From the NCBI GenBank assembly GCA_036172245.1, contig JAYWIR010000052.1:1-64000 (forward strand): a stretch of 64,000 nucleotides of DNA, read 5' to 3'. This document shows, one piece after another, positions 11,051 to 22,660 of this stretch. Within the stretch, counting starts at the first letter, position 1. Every line of letters begins with the position of its first letter. The position numbers and the translations under genes were made by a program. This DNA is from Raillietiella orientalis. Taxonomy: Eukaryota. The notes beneath the pieces are model-generated. The model searched no databases. It was not told the origin of the DNA and saw only the letters and a list, made by a program, of their open reading frames with translations.

Positions 11051-14008
11051 CTCGAGGAGTGAGACGATCTGAAAAGATCGGTACGCGAGTTCTGCTGCCG
11101 GTTTCCCTTGCACCTGCTTCCCCGCGGCTTCGGGAGGGTGTCGCGAACAGCAGATCCTATCTGCAGGCGGGTACCTTCTCCCGATGCCCGGACGTCCGGC
11201 GTCTGGCGGAGTACAAGGCCAGGGCCGAGCGCCAGGTTTGGCAGTCTGGAGCGGCTTGTCTGCTCGATGACGCTGGCCAGGAATGCTCGGCTGCAGCCGA
11301 GGTACACCGCGTACTCAAGCGTTACTACTTCTCATTGTACGCGGAGGAGCCCACGGAACGCATTCTCTCCGAGCTGCTTCTTCCGACGGGCAACCCTGCT
11401 ATCGGCGAGGAGGAACGCGCCAGATTGGATTGGCCTTTCACGGCGGAAGAAGTATCTTACGCCATAGCGGGCCTGAAGAGGCGTAAGGCGCCTAGGGAGG
11501 ATGGCCTGCCCGCGGAGTTCTTTCAGTGCTTCGCGGCGGAGCTGGTCCCTTTTGTGCTAAGCCTTTGCTCGCTGATGCGTGAAACGGGAGATGTTCCCGC
11601 TTCTTTCCGCTCAGCAAAGGTGCGGCTCCTGCCGAAAGTCGGTGATTTGCGCCACCTCAGCAACTGGCGTCCGATCACCTTGGTGAATTCGGACGTCAAG
11701 TTGTTCTCCAAGCTATGGGTCGCGCGCCTGGGGAGAATCGCGTAGTCCTTGGTAAGTCCGGAGCAGACGTATGCTGTTCCGGGGCGGTCCATGGACGCGA
11801 ATCTCTTCTTCGCGCGAACATGATTCGAGTTGCAGCAGCGCGTGTCGCAGCAGACCCAAGCAGCCCAAATCGCCGCTGCCAAAGTTAAGCGGCGGTGTTC
11901 ACGGCACGATGGAACGCCGGGGGCCTTAGCGGTTGCCTGCGATCTCTGCAAAGCGTTCGACATCATAAACCAGGACCTCCTTCTGGAGCTCCTGGGACGC
12001 CTAGGTCTCCCGACGCACCTCATCGCCTACTTGCGCTCCTGCTGGCGCCACGCGTTATGCTGTATCTCTTTTAGCGGGCGTCACGTTTACAGCATTCCCA
12101 TACGGCGGGGTATCAGGCAGGGAGACAGCTTAAGCCCCTTGCTCTTCAGCATCTTCTTTGAGTTGGTGTTGAGGGCATACAGGATGACGCTGGGCAACCT
12201 GCCGAGCTCCTGCCCGGGAACATCGACCGTGGCCGCCTATGCTGACGACATTCTCCTGTTGCTGCCCATGTCCACCCCGGCGTCGAGGCTTGAGGACTTT
12301 TCCGAGTTCATTCGTCGGGGAGCGGGCCTGAGCGTCAACAGGACGAAATCAACAGGTTGGCTCTACGTGGGAGGAGCAGTCCGACTGAATCCTTCTGGGG
12401 ATCCCCACGGACAGGTGCTTTAAGTACCTTGGCGTTCCCTTGGGAGCCTTCTGTTTAGCAGAAGCGTGGTCGGACTGCCTTCACAAGGCCGAGACTGCTC
12501 TGGGCCTGTTCCAGGGCGGCAGGTTTCTCCTGTCGGAACGGGCCTTCGTGTGGAACATTTTCGTTGCCCCCCTCCTCCGTCCCCTTTTATTTGTTTGTCC
12601 TTCTCCTTACTCGGCTAAGCGACGGGTGCAACGCATGTTGCGTAACGCTCTGTGGGGACCGGCGAGATCCAGGATACGCCTTAAGGACTTGACGGCTTCT
12701 CGGCGGGATGCAGGATTGGGCATCCTGACGCTGGAGCGGATCGAACTGCTAGTGCAGTTTCGCATGCTGACACTTTGTGCGCAGCTCTGTACTACTCCCT
12801 GGTGTGCTCCAGCGCGGCTGCTGCTGCGGCGCTGCACGGGTGGCGACGGACTTCGTTCGTTGCATCTGCGTACGGAGTGCGCCCAGAGAGGATTCGGCTT
12901 CCCTTCAATGCAGCTCGCCTCGCTTCTGGGAAAGCATGCGTGGATCTCCTGCGGGCCGACGAACTTCAACGCCTGTAGGCAGGAAGCCTTATCGTCCTGG
13001 GCAGCGCAACAGGATGTGTCCCGTTTGGAAGTCCGTTGCGTGAACCTTTCCCCATACTGTCCATTGTGGGAGGTGCTGGGAGACCAGGACCAGTGGACAC
13101 GCCTAGCCGCTACGCCACTCGCCGAAGCACTGTGTGCACTGATGGTGCGAAATGACAGTGACCTGCCGGCGAGGTGGGAGATCACTTGCGAAATCGCAGG
13201 CGAAACCCAACTGCTGGGCGGCTGGCGGACTTGCGAAGTGGTAGACGCTGCCACACCTCGCATTCTTGCAAAGGGACTTTTCTTGTGGAGCGAGATCCTC
13301 GGGGTGCCCACCGTAGAACTTGTGGTCCCTTCTGCGTGTTTGGACGCGACTCTCTCCCCCCTTCGGTGGAAACAGGACGCTTTTCTGCTGGTTCATTGGG
13401 GTTTGTATTGCAACCAGCGCGCGCACCTGGTTTCCGGGGCAGTTGCGTCCCCGAACTGTGCCAAATGCGGAGCGGTGGAATCGCTTCCGCATTTGCTGTT
13501 TGAGTGCGGTGCCCTCCAGGAGCTGTGGCGGCGGCCGTCTTCAGCGCTCCTGCACCCTGGACACACCGCACTGGATTGGATGCGCCGCTTCTACACGCGT
13601 GGCGGTCTTTCTCTTGGAGAGGTCGTCGCAATCATGTGCTGCGTTCGCGCCATTGTCAGGGCCCGCCACGTATTGCAGATGCGAGCAGTCCCAACATCGG
13701 TGCCCGACACTGCAGCCTGCAACCTCCAAATGGCTGCCGGGTGGCCAGACTTGGGAGCAGAAGTGAGGACGGAGATCGGCGGCATTCACCGCCGGTTCTT
13801 AAAATAGGAATCGTTAAACTGCATACCCCTGTCCCCGCCCTCCCACCTAATTTATTTATTTATTGTCCCCCACCCTCCCGTTCCGAACTCTCAGTGTGCC
13901 CGGCATGCGTTTCGGGAAATTTACTCCCCATCTTCTGTTCCCCTTGCCTGGGAATACAGTTCCCAGGAGATATTATTAATAAACGTCCTGGCGCAACCGG
14001 GTAATAAA
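11051..14008 (+). mobile_element. Tx1 copy E: ORF2 from the post-APE linker to the 3' end (right half of C/E)
   Basis: ORFs 11059-11745, 11830-12423 (YADD) and 12440-13807 (CAKC..HLLFEC); 3' end aataaacgtcctggcgcaaccgggtaataaa. Confidence 0.92.
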
Positions 14009-15194
14009 CGACAACGCTGCATTCTTTAACCTGCTCGCTTGCCTGCTGTTTTTTCTGGAGGTACGCGAGTTTTTTCTCCAATCTTCTCTGCTTTTTGCTC
14101 TTTTTGGCGGTTGCCACCTGCCACCCAGGCTCCTGGCTGGTTTCCTTGACTTGTTCGGCGTTGTTCGCCGGGGTCTCGGGTGCTGCCTGGGCCTTGGGCG
14201 CGGGTGGCACAGCCTTCGCGGCAGCTTTCGTTGCCAGCCTTTTCTGCCGAAGCCAAGCGCGTTTTTTAAGGTTTCTCTTGAAAACCAGCCGCACTACTGC
14301 TTTAGGGCACACCTCCCTCGTGTGTCCCATGGTTCCGCTTACGTGGTACTGCACATTGGGACACCTCTTTTTGAGGTGGCCCGACGTATTGCAGAAGCCA
14401 CAGTATGTCGGCTTCCCCACATACCAGAGGTCGACGTTTTCGCCTTTGACCACCAGTTTGTGGGGAAGAGTGCAGCCCTCCCGAACGGTCACGCGTGCAG
14501 CCGTGACGCCGTGTTGCAGCCCCATGTAGTCCACGAAAGCACTAACTTTCGTTCACTGCGCGTGGATCGTTCCAAATTGTGCTAGAGCGGCGCGAACCTG
14601 TTCTTTGCGCATTTGCGCGGTTACGCCTAACAGGTGGACCACCATGCTGCGGTCTGCCGTAGTGGGGAGGAGCCTGCGCGTCCCCATCACAACGGGGGTT
14701 CTAAGCAGTCGTTGGGTTAGCTCTGCTTGTTTGCAGATGACCTCAACGTACTGAGTCCCGCTGCGGATGGTCATAGCGCTGAGCTCCTCCTCTTTAACAT
14801 CGAGAGCGCGCATGCTCTTCGAAAAGGCGCGCGCTCTCTCTAAAGAATAGAGATTGCCTACCTTGTAGAACAATGAGGGGTTATACCCCTCCTCCACATA
14901 GGCGGACAATTCCGCCGCGGCTGCAGGCGATGGCGCCGACACGACGGCGCTCCACGCCCGCGCTGCAACGGGGACCGATTCTGTGGGGACCGTTGACCCC
15001 ACCTCCATCTCCTCTGGGGCGATGTTGCCGCCGCCCCCTGGCTCTCCGTCGCCTCTGGGGGCGGCGTTACCGCTGCCCCCTGGCCATCCCTGGTGTTGGC
15101 GTCAGGCATCGCTGCCTGATCGACCACCGAACCAGACGACGCTTGCACTAGGGGAGACTTTCTGGCACGAGGAGCACCGAGAAAACACGTCCGC
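14009..15194 (-). mobile_element. Tx1 copy F: 5' end and ORF1, cut by the 3' end of E
   Basis: 5' motif aaaacacgtccgc at 15182-15194; ORFs 14553-15008 and 13860-14534 (CGFCNTSGHLKKRC). Confidence 0.88.
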
Positions 15195-15203
15195 CCTCGA
15201 GAT

Positions 15204-17301
15204 CATAAGGCGTTCGACTGCGTGGTCCAGGACGTTTTTTTGGAGCTCCTAGATCGCATGGGCTTCCCGCCCACCTTGTTCACCTACCTTCGCTCCTGCT
15301 GGCTCCATGCGATAATTTCCGTCTCTTTCAGCAGTCAGAAGTTGCATGGCGTGCCTGTGCTGCGGGGCATAAGGCAGGGCGACAGCCGCAGCCCCCTGCT
15401 CTTTAGCACCTACTTTGAATTGGTGCTGAGAGCATACAGGGTGACTTTGGCCCCCTTGCCGAGCTCGTACCCCGGCATGCCCGCCGTAGCGGCGTACGCC
15501 GATGATCTTCTGCTGATGTTACCCATGTCCACCCCGGCACCCGCAGTCGAGAATTTCTTCGATCTGTTAAGCCTCGTGACGGGACTGCGGGTTAACAGGG
15601 GAAAGTCGTCGGTGGTGGCGGTTGGTGCGACGTGGGCTGGACGGCCTGACTGGATCCGCTTGGGGATCCCCGCGGCCAGGTACCTGAAGTACCTTGGCGT
15701 TCCGTTGGGGGACTTCTTCCTGTCAGAAGCCTGGTCAGGTCGTCTCCGAAAAGTGGAGTCGGCGATCTGCCCGTTCCTGGAGGGCAAGTTCCCCTTGCCG
15801 GAACGGGCCGCGGTATGGAACGCGTTCGCGGCTCCCATCCTTCGCCCCCTGCTTTCTGTTTGCCCGTTCCTACCCAGTTGAAGAAGAGGACCAAGGACCT
15901 ACTCCGTATCGCCCTCTGGGGCAAGTGGAGGCCTAGAGTGCCTCTGACGGACGGCACTCCGCGTCGGGACGGCGGTCTTGGTCTCCTGACGCTGGAGCGC
16001 TTGGAAATCCAGCTGCGATGGCGCACGATGGCCATCGCGGCGAAGTTCTGGAGCACCACTTGGTGCGTTCCGGTTCGCCTTCTTGCCAGCCGTGTCTCCA
16101 GGACGCAAGGACTGGCGTCTTGTCTTCTTTGCTCCGGCCGGAAGATGCGAAGATGCGGCCTGCTCCTTGAACGCATGTCCACCTTGCCTAAGGAGAACGG
16201 CTGGATGGTATGCAGCCCCGCCAACTCCTCCGAATGGCTGGAGGAGACTGCTGGCACGTGGGCGAAGATAAATGAGAGGAGCCACGAAACGTGGAACTGC
16301 CTGCGAATCGGTTTCTATGCCCGCCGCACTCTGCGTGAAATTCTTCAATTTCCATCGAGTTGCTCGTGGGCGGAAGGGACACCCCTTGCTACGGCGATGC
16401 CCTTCCTCCAAAGGGCGCTTCACGAAAGCCGGAAGCCAAGGTGGCAAGTCTGCTGCCGTATCGCAGGCAGAGAGATGATGAGCGGCTGGACCATGAGAGA
16501 GCTGACAGATGCTACGACCCCAAGTGTCCAGCCGCGTGGATTAAGAAGATGGGGCGAGCTGCTCGGCATTCGATTGGATGACCTGAAGTGGCCCCCTGTT
16601 CTACTTGGTTCCAGGATTCTTCCCCTGAAGTGGCAAGAATCGGCGTTTCTGTGGCTGCATTGGGGTCTACCTTGCAACGCGCGCCACTTCCACTGGACGC
16701 GGGAAAGAGTAGGTCCTGCGTGTGCAAGGTGTGGGGAGCCGGAGTCGCTCCCTCACCTCCTAATTGACTGCCGTGCCGTCCGGATTCTTTGGGATCGTCT
16801 TGGAACGGCCTTCGGTATACCGGAAGGTGGCAACCCCAGGAATGTTTATAGCCTTCTCTTCGTGCGGGACGCCCTCAGTCCAGCCGCAGCCCTCGCAGCA
16901 CTTTGCTGCATCCGTGGTATCGTGGCGGCCTGGAGTAATGCCGAAGATGAAGATTCCACCGCAATGGACGTCATCCCATATGCTTTTCGCTGCCTGCGGA
17001 GAGCTATTGGATGGCCCCAGCTGGGAAGATTGAAGGAGGACCTCGAGGATGTCCTACTAAGGAAGGACCCTCCTCCCAGTGGACTATGATCCCTTCCCTC
17101 CAAAAACTGTTTTTTTTTACTGATTTATTTTTCTTTTTGTTTTCACCCCATCCCCTTCCACTGCCGAGGAGAGTCACACCGGGCTGCGTCCCGGTGTCCC
17201 GGCAGGTCCGGAATTAAGTGGCCGTTAGTGGGGCCTTGTACCACGTACTGTAATGACGAATGAAACGTTTTTTTTTAATAAACGTCCCGGAGTACCCGGG
17301 T
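15204..17301 (+). mobile_element. Tx1 copy G: RT core to 3' end
   Basis: HKAFDC; ORF 15222-15881 (GIRQGD, YADD, YLG); ORF 15815-17089 (CARC..HLLIDC); 3' end aataaacgtcccggagtacccgggt. Confidence 0.92.
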
Positions 17302-17425
17302 GGCATCGCCGAAACCTGGAGGAAGTTGATGGATGGGGAACTGGTCGCAGATCTCGCGGACTGAGCGTTTTATTTTATCCCAGTCAGCGAGAGTCTGCAG
17401 TTCGCAGCCACGCAGGAATGATCCT
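17302..17425 (-). mobile_element. Tx1 fragment K (post-APE linker)
   Basis: Minus strand reads SFLRGCELQTLADWDKIKRSVREICDQFPIHQLPPGFGDA, matching D GFIRGFSLQTLQDWDRFKRSVRNFCDEFPMNLLPAGFGES. Confidence 0.8.
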
Positions 17426-17429
17426 TGAT

Positions 17430-20400
17430 CCTTTCCCTTAGGTATCCATCACGAACACTTCCGTATAGGTATTTGTTCGATGATCCTTGGGTAAGGCTTT
17501 GCTTGAACGTATTCTATATTATTTTATCAATCTTGGCCCATGACGATAGTGGATTCGTGCCAAGACGAAGGTCGTGCACTAATGATGGCACGAAAAAGCA
17601 TTTAATCGAGTCCAGTTTCTGCTATGGGGCTAAGGGGGAGACAGCAGTGATTTTGAAATGGGCAATGAGGGTATCCACGTTTCCGTCGTACATGAGTGGA
17701 TCGAAGCCATTCGGTTTTCCTAGGTAATTATAAGTATCTTGTTGGTAAAGGGACGGAATTATTGCACCGTTCACAGATATTGGGGAACTCCGCACTTGAG
17801 ACCGGGAAGCTACGTAGTGATAGGAGCTGCGCTTATTGGGATTTATTTGCAAGTTTGCAGCTCAGGTTGAATCTGCCACTGTGGTGACGGCCAGTTGTAG
17901 CTCCTTTATCGAACTAGCAACAAGCGCAACATCGTGTACATCAGCAAGCAGAATAATAGAGGGGGGTTGGTGTTTCAGGATTCTGATAAAGGGTTCCAGA
18001 GCGATTTTAAATAGGAGCCCACTTAGGGGGCATCCTTGGCGCACTCCGGAACGAATCGGTATTGCGATCGTAAGTCCATCCGAAGCCACTATCGTTGTCG
18101 TGGATTCCGAATACATTTCCGCAATGATTCCCTGAAACTAGCTCCTAGCACGGTCAACTTGTCTAGAATGAACTGCTGGGGGATGGAGGTGAATCCGTCT
18201 TTCAAGTCTATCCATGCAATTGCGATGTCTTGGTGGTGCACTCGGGAGCGCTCGAGTGCAGTGGTCAGGACAAAGTTTTCCTCCAGCACGCCACCATAAG
18301 GAAGAAATCCCTTTTGATAGTGCCCAAGGATTCCGTTGTTGAGAACGAGCGCATTCTTTTCGCAAGGATTTTGCAGAATAGTTTGTCAATGGTATTGGAG
18401 ATAGCGATGCAGCGAAACTGCATTACATCTGCCGGATGAGATGCTCCAGATTTAGAGATTAGGACTGTGCATGATGTTTTCCAGTTATTAGGGATACGCA
18501 AGTGACGGAAATATGAATTGTATAGGGCTGCAAGACAAGGTCCGTCTGGGTCTCCTTTCCAATGGATGCAGAACGAGATCCCGTCATTTCCTGGGAAAGT
18601 GTCTTGGAAGTTCCTTAATGTCAACAGGACTTCTTCAGGGTTGATGTTTGCACAGTTCACTTCCGTAGAAGCCAGGTTTAAAGGGTTTTCCTTGAGTGTG
18701 GCCGCATTTATTATCTTTGCTGAGAACTTTTCACTATAAATTGTTGGAACCATGGATTTATAGCCGTCAAATTGAATGGGATTCGGGTGAAGAAGAGTGC
18801 GAATGGCTCGTTTTCGGTTTCGACGATACAGGGATTGAAGTAGTTTCGGAGAGGTAAGGTGAAAGGCATTAGAAGAGGATGCAGGCCTTGTGGAAGGGTT
18901 AAATGGGTATATTTGGAATGCAGAAGTTATGGTATTCATAATTTTGTTAAGGGTATCCAGGGTACTTTGCCAAGTGTCCAATAACACTCATCTCACGTCG
19001 ATTGTGTAAGGGTCGTGAGGATCGGAGTGTAAGAACTAAGGACGGAGTGTGTGCTCGTGTGTAGTATATGTTGGGTGTTTGGCAGAACCTGCTGTGCTGC
19101 GGAGACATAGGGTGCTGGTTCGCTGGCTGAGTGCAAGGGGTATAAGGCATTTGGGTGAATCGGTTGTGCTTGCTGTTGTGAGGCTTCAGAGGAAGATTAA
19201 TTTGATGGAACCATGGGAGGTACTGATCCGGTTGACGTACAGGCTGTTGTAGGATAGGATGCGCTGTTTCTGTAGCTACAGTTGTGGGGGGTTCGGGTGT
19301 CGCTATCGTATCAAAACGGTTAAATGTGGAGATCGGACGAGAAGTGCGAAATGGGGAGAGGGGTTTGTTGCTTTGATTTTGCCGGCGTATATGCCATGTA
19401 TGTGATTCTGTAATCCACGCATAGAAGGAAATGTGGTCATACAGTTAGGAATGTTACATTGAGAAGAAAGAGGGACCGTGGGTGGTTGAGGGAGAGTGAA
19501 GTGTTTGAAGCACGGGTGATGTTGATTAGGATAGGAGACATCGGGGTAGCATTTCCTACAGAGTAATCTGTGCTTCTGAAAAGAAAGTTTGTTTGCTGTC
19601 TTCAAGCGACGTTTAAGAGAACAAAGTGTGTTGCTGGCATCGAGAGTTTGTATTTGCCAGGGACAGGAAGGTATTATGCTGCTTAGGGTACGGGATACGG
19701 GAAATCAAACCAAAAATACGTTGGTGTAAGGTGTAAGAGCCACATCATCGTTGGCAATTGGTGGGAGTGGGAGGTTCGTGATTGGAGGATAGTAGAACGG
19801 GAGGTGGTTGAATGAGAGGCTGGATAGCCAAGAAGGGTCCGATTGGGTGGTGGTGCAGCTAAACAGTGTCTAGAGGATCGAAGGAGTCTAGGTGGTACTG
19901 GATTGCGATGATACTTTGAAGAAGGTCTTTTGTGCTGTCGAGAAATGGAAGGTGAAGAGGAGGTGTGTGGTGGATGCAGTGAGGAGTGGGAGGCAATTGT
20001 TTTGTTTGTGGGTCGCTGGAAAGAAATTTTGTTGTTTGGAGCTATCCACGGTGTGTGGAGCGCTCGCCACAGGTAAAGCTTTGCATGGTGTTTCGATCGA
20101 ATCGGGGATCTTTCCGAGGGATCGCACTTCGGTGGAGTATTTTTCGCGGAAGGAGTTGCGGATGCACGGATGCAACCGCTGAGGGATAGCTTCTCGAAGG
20201 GCACGAGTTGTTCTAAGGCGAATATAAGGTGGGTTGGGGGCATAAATAGGATATTTTGTAGTTTGTTCTAGAGATGAAAAAGGGATACTGCAGTTTGTAG
20301 GAGAAACAGAAAGGCACGGTTTGAGGAAAGAGTTTGCCTCAGGATTAGATTGAACAGGATTAAGTGAGGACTGAATAAATGCCTTCTTCTTAAGTTTTTC

Positions 20401-21400
20401 CATTCGAATAGGGGGCGAGCGAACACTAGAACGTGCAGGAAGTTGTCTTGTTATTGGGGATTTCCTGCAGGCTGAAGATGATTCATGTTCCCAGCTCAGG
20501 AGAAAGTTATGAAAAGATTTCCTATGCATTACTCGGAGCTGACGTTTTAAGATGTCTGCATATGGGGGAAGAGATGACGGAGCTTTCAGTGTGGAAGATG
20601 GGGTACTTCCACTTGGGGTAACTGTTGAACGGATTTTCTTGGTCATCGGATGAATATCCTGTTTGTTCGCTATCTTCGAAGTTGCTTCAGCGAGCGAGCA
20701 TGCAGAGAATTGAACAGAAAGTTTGCTTCGAATTTCCAGAGGGATAGCTTGAAACGCATCCTCATTGTCCCGCAATATCTTCACAGCTACCTCAGGAGAA
20801 GGAGATGTATTCGCATCGTGCGACGCAGGCGTTAGGAGAAGTTGTTCGAGGATGTCGCTCGAGGATGTACATGAGGCTATTTTCGGAGATTGGGGCAAGT
20901 TTGAGTCTTCTAGGGATTTTAGGGGGATATCGTCTACCGGCTGTTCAAAGAACGCTGAATGACTTGGGCTGGCTTCCTCATGAAGAAGTTCAAACTCAGA
21001 TAGTTTCTTGAATTTTGAAGTGCCTTGCACGCTTTGGTTGTGCTTCACGCGGAAACCTTTGCGGTCGAAGCTACAGGTACAGAACGCACAGGATAACTTC
21101 AAGTTTTTCAGGGAGAGCGGAAGTTCCAATGTTCGAGTGGATTGAGTGCACTTATGAGAAGCAGGAGAATATTTCAGAAGGTCAGCAGTAAAGTTGCATT
21201 CATTACAAAAGTAAAAAGCAATTTCGGGGGTTACACCATGGATGCGTGAGATATGGTGTTTCAGGCTTCTGGAGCGATTGTACGTTTCTTCAACTTGCAT
21301 CCCTCAATTGGACATGGGCATGGTCGTGGAAGGGAAACACATAGATATAGGCATCTGTCGGAGTCTAAGAAGGTGAGCTTGGAATTTAAATTTTCCATGT
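17430..21400 (-). mobile_element. R2-superfamily non-LTR retrotransposon (Utopia/NeSL-like), decayed and 3'-truncated
   Basis: N-terminal zinc fingers (CPIEGC..LKHHISRIH; CNIPNC..RGLQNHIH). RT motifs YRRNRKRAIR, PGNDG, WKTSCTVLISK, AWIDL, SGVRQGCPLSGLLF, YNYLG, SPLAP. No endonuclease domain is visible before the break. Confidence 0.8.
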
Positions 21401-21989
21401 TAACCGTGTCATGAGGCAAAAAAAATTACATCGGACGAAAGGTCAGTGGACATCCTTAAGAATTACTGCGAAACCTTCAGAAGTACAGACGCGAGCGCGA
21501 GCGCCATGGACATGATAGAAAAGAAAGTTTTCCGAATACGAGACAGCGCGTGAATACTTTTGTATGCACGAGCAGTGTATAAGCGCAATACAGGAACGCT
21601 GTCACGTGACTAGCGCGCAGTGCGGGTGTGCTACAAGCAGGCCACGTGGGCACGCCGCCATCTTGGAAATTATCAATGGTTGCAATAGCATTGTACGTAA
21701 ACGCACTTTTCACTCCCAATTTTGCAAAGTATCAAATGTTTTCAAAAATGAGCGCAAACTTAGCGTTAATCAAACTTATGCAATGTCTTGATAGCGAAAA
21801 AGCAAAAACCACTACCTTGGCCAACAGCTCTCTAGTGAAACTATGGCAGCTACGGGCGACCAGAGGAAAATCCGGATTTCCGCAACACTAACTAAAGCAC
21901 CACACTATTTTTCCGTGTACAGCTATAGGTACGTATATAGGTATCACAAAACGGTGAATGATCACAAGTCGTGGCGAGGAAAGTTTTGA

Positions 21990-22038
21990 ACACTACTTGA
22001 ACTTCTACACGGCGGAGCTGCGCTCAAACACGTCTCGC
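21990..22038 (-). mobile_element. Tx1-type 5' terminus remnant (probably the 5' end of K)
   Basis: ttctacacggcggagctgcgctcaaacacgtctcgc resembles the F terminus (ttctggcacgaggagcaccgagaaaacacgtccgc) and the A terminus. Confidence 0.5.
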
Positions 22039-22081
22039 CGTACAGGCTGATGCTGGCAAACCTGCCGAGCTCTTGTCCAGG
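22039..22081 (+). mobile_element. 43-bp Tx1 RT fragment L
   Basis: YRLMLANLPSSCPG matches E YRMTLGNLPSSCPG. Confidence 0.75.
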
Positions 22082-22660
22082 TTTTTCACCCGGGTAAGCC
22101 GGGGCTTTTATTATTAAAATTTTACAATAATGAATTTCATAATAAGGTCTTGTCTGATGTAGCTATGTTTCAGTCAGAACACATCGTTCTCACTGTCTTG
22201 GGCACTTGTCCTTTCCGACCGGCAGGCCCGTAAGATCCTCACCACTGGCGAAGGGGACGGGAAAAACAAAAAAAAAAGAAAAAAAGAAAAACGCCTGGAG
22301 GGCAATGTTTATGGGGAGGGGAGGGAAGGAGGGATCGCAATACGCCGTGGGGAGGCCTTTGCATCCGGGTTTGGATGCGAACAAGTGCAGGCAGAACTTT
22401 ACTTAGCCGGCGCCAACGGGAAGCCTTCTCCATGGAGATGGCTGCCCAGTGGATGGCATTCCGACTCCTCCGTCCTCTCCTGGTTGCGGTCCACTTATCC
22501 GAAATTCCGCTTATGCAACAGAGAACTGCGACACACGCGGCGGCTGGCATGGCGTCCCGCATGAGGAGGCGTCGAAAAATGTTTCTAGGGTCGCCCACCG
22601 GAATGTTCAGGATCGACGAGAGTCGATTCCACATCTGGCGGAGGGCAACACACTCGATGA
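22082..22660 (-). mobile_element. Tx1 3' fragment H
   Basis: ORF 22239-22634 is homologous to the ORF2 C-terminus; 3' AATAAA, hairpin and A5. Confidence 0.85.

Noticed and set aside
21400..22000. U2 snRNA or rDNA target, or a 5' ribozyme, for the R2-like element
   Set aside because: No recognisable U2/28S sequence or ribozyme core by eye; a covariance-model search would be needed to exclude it.
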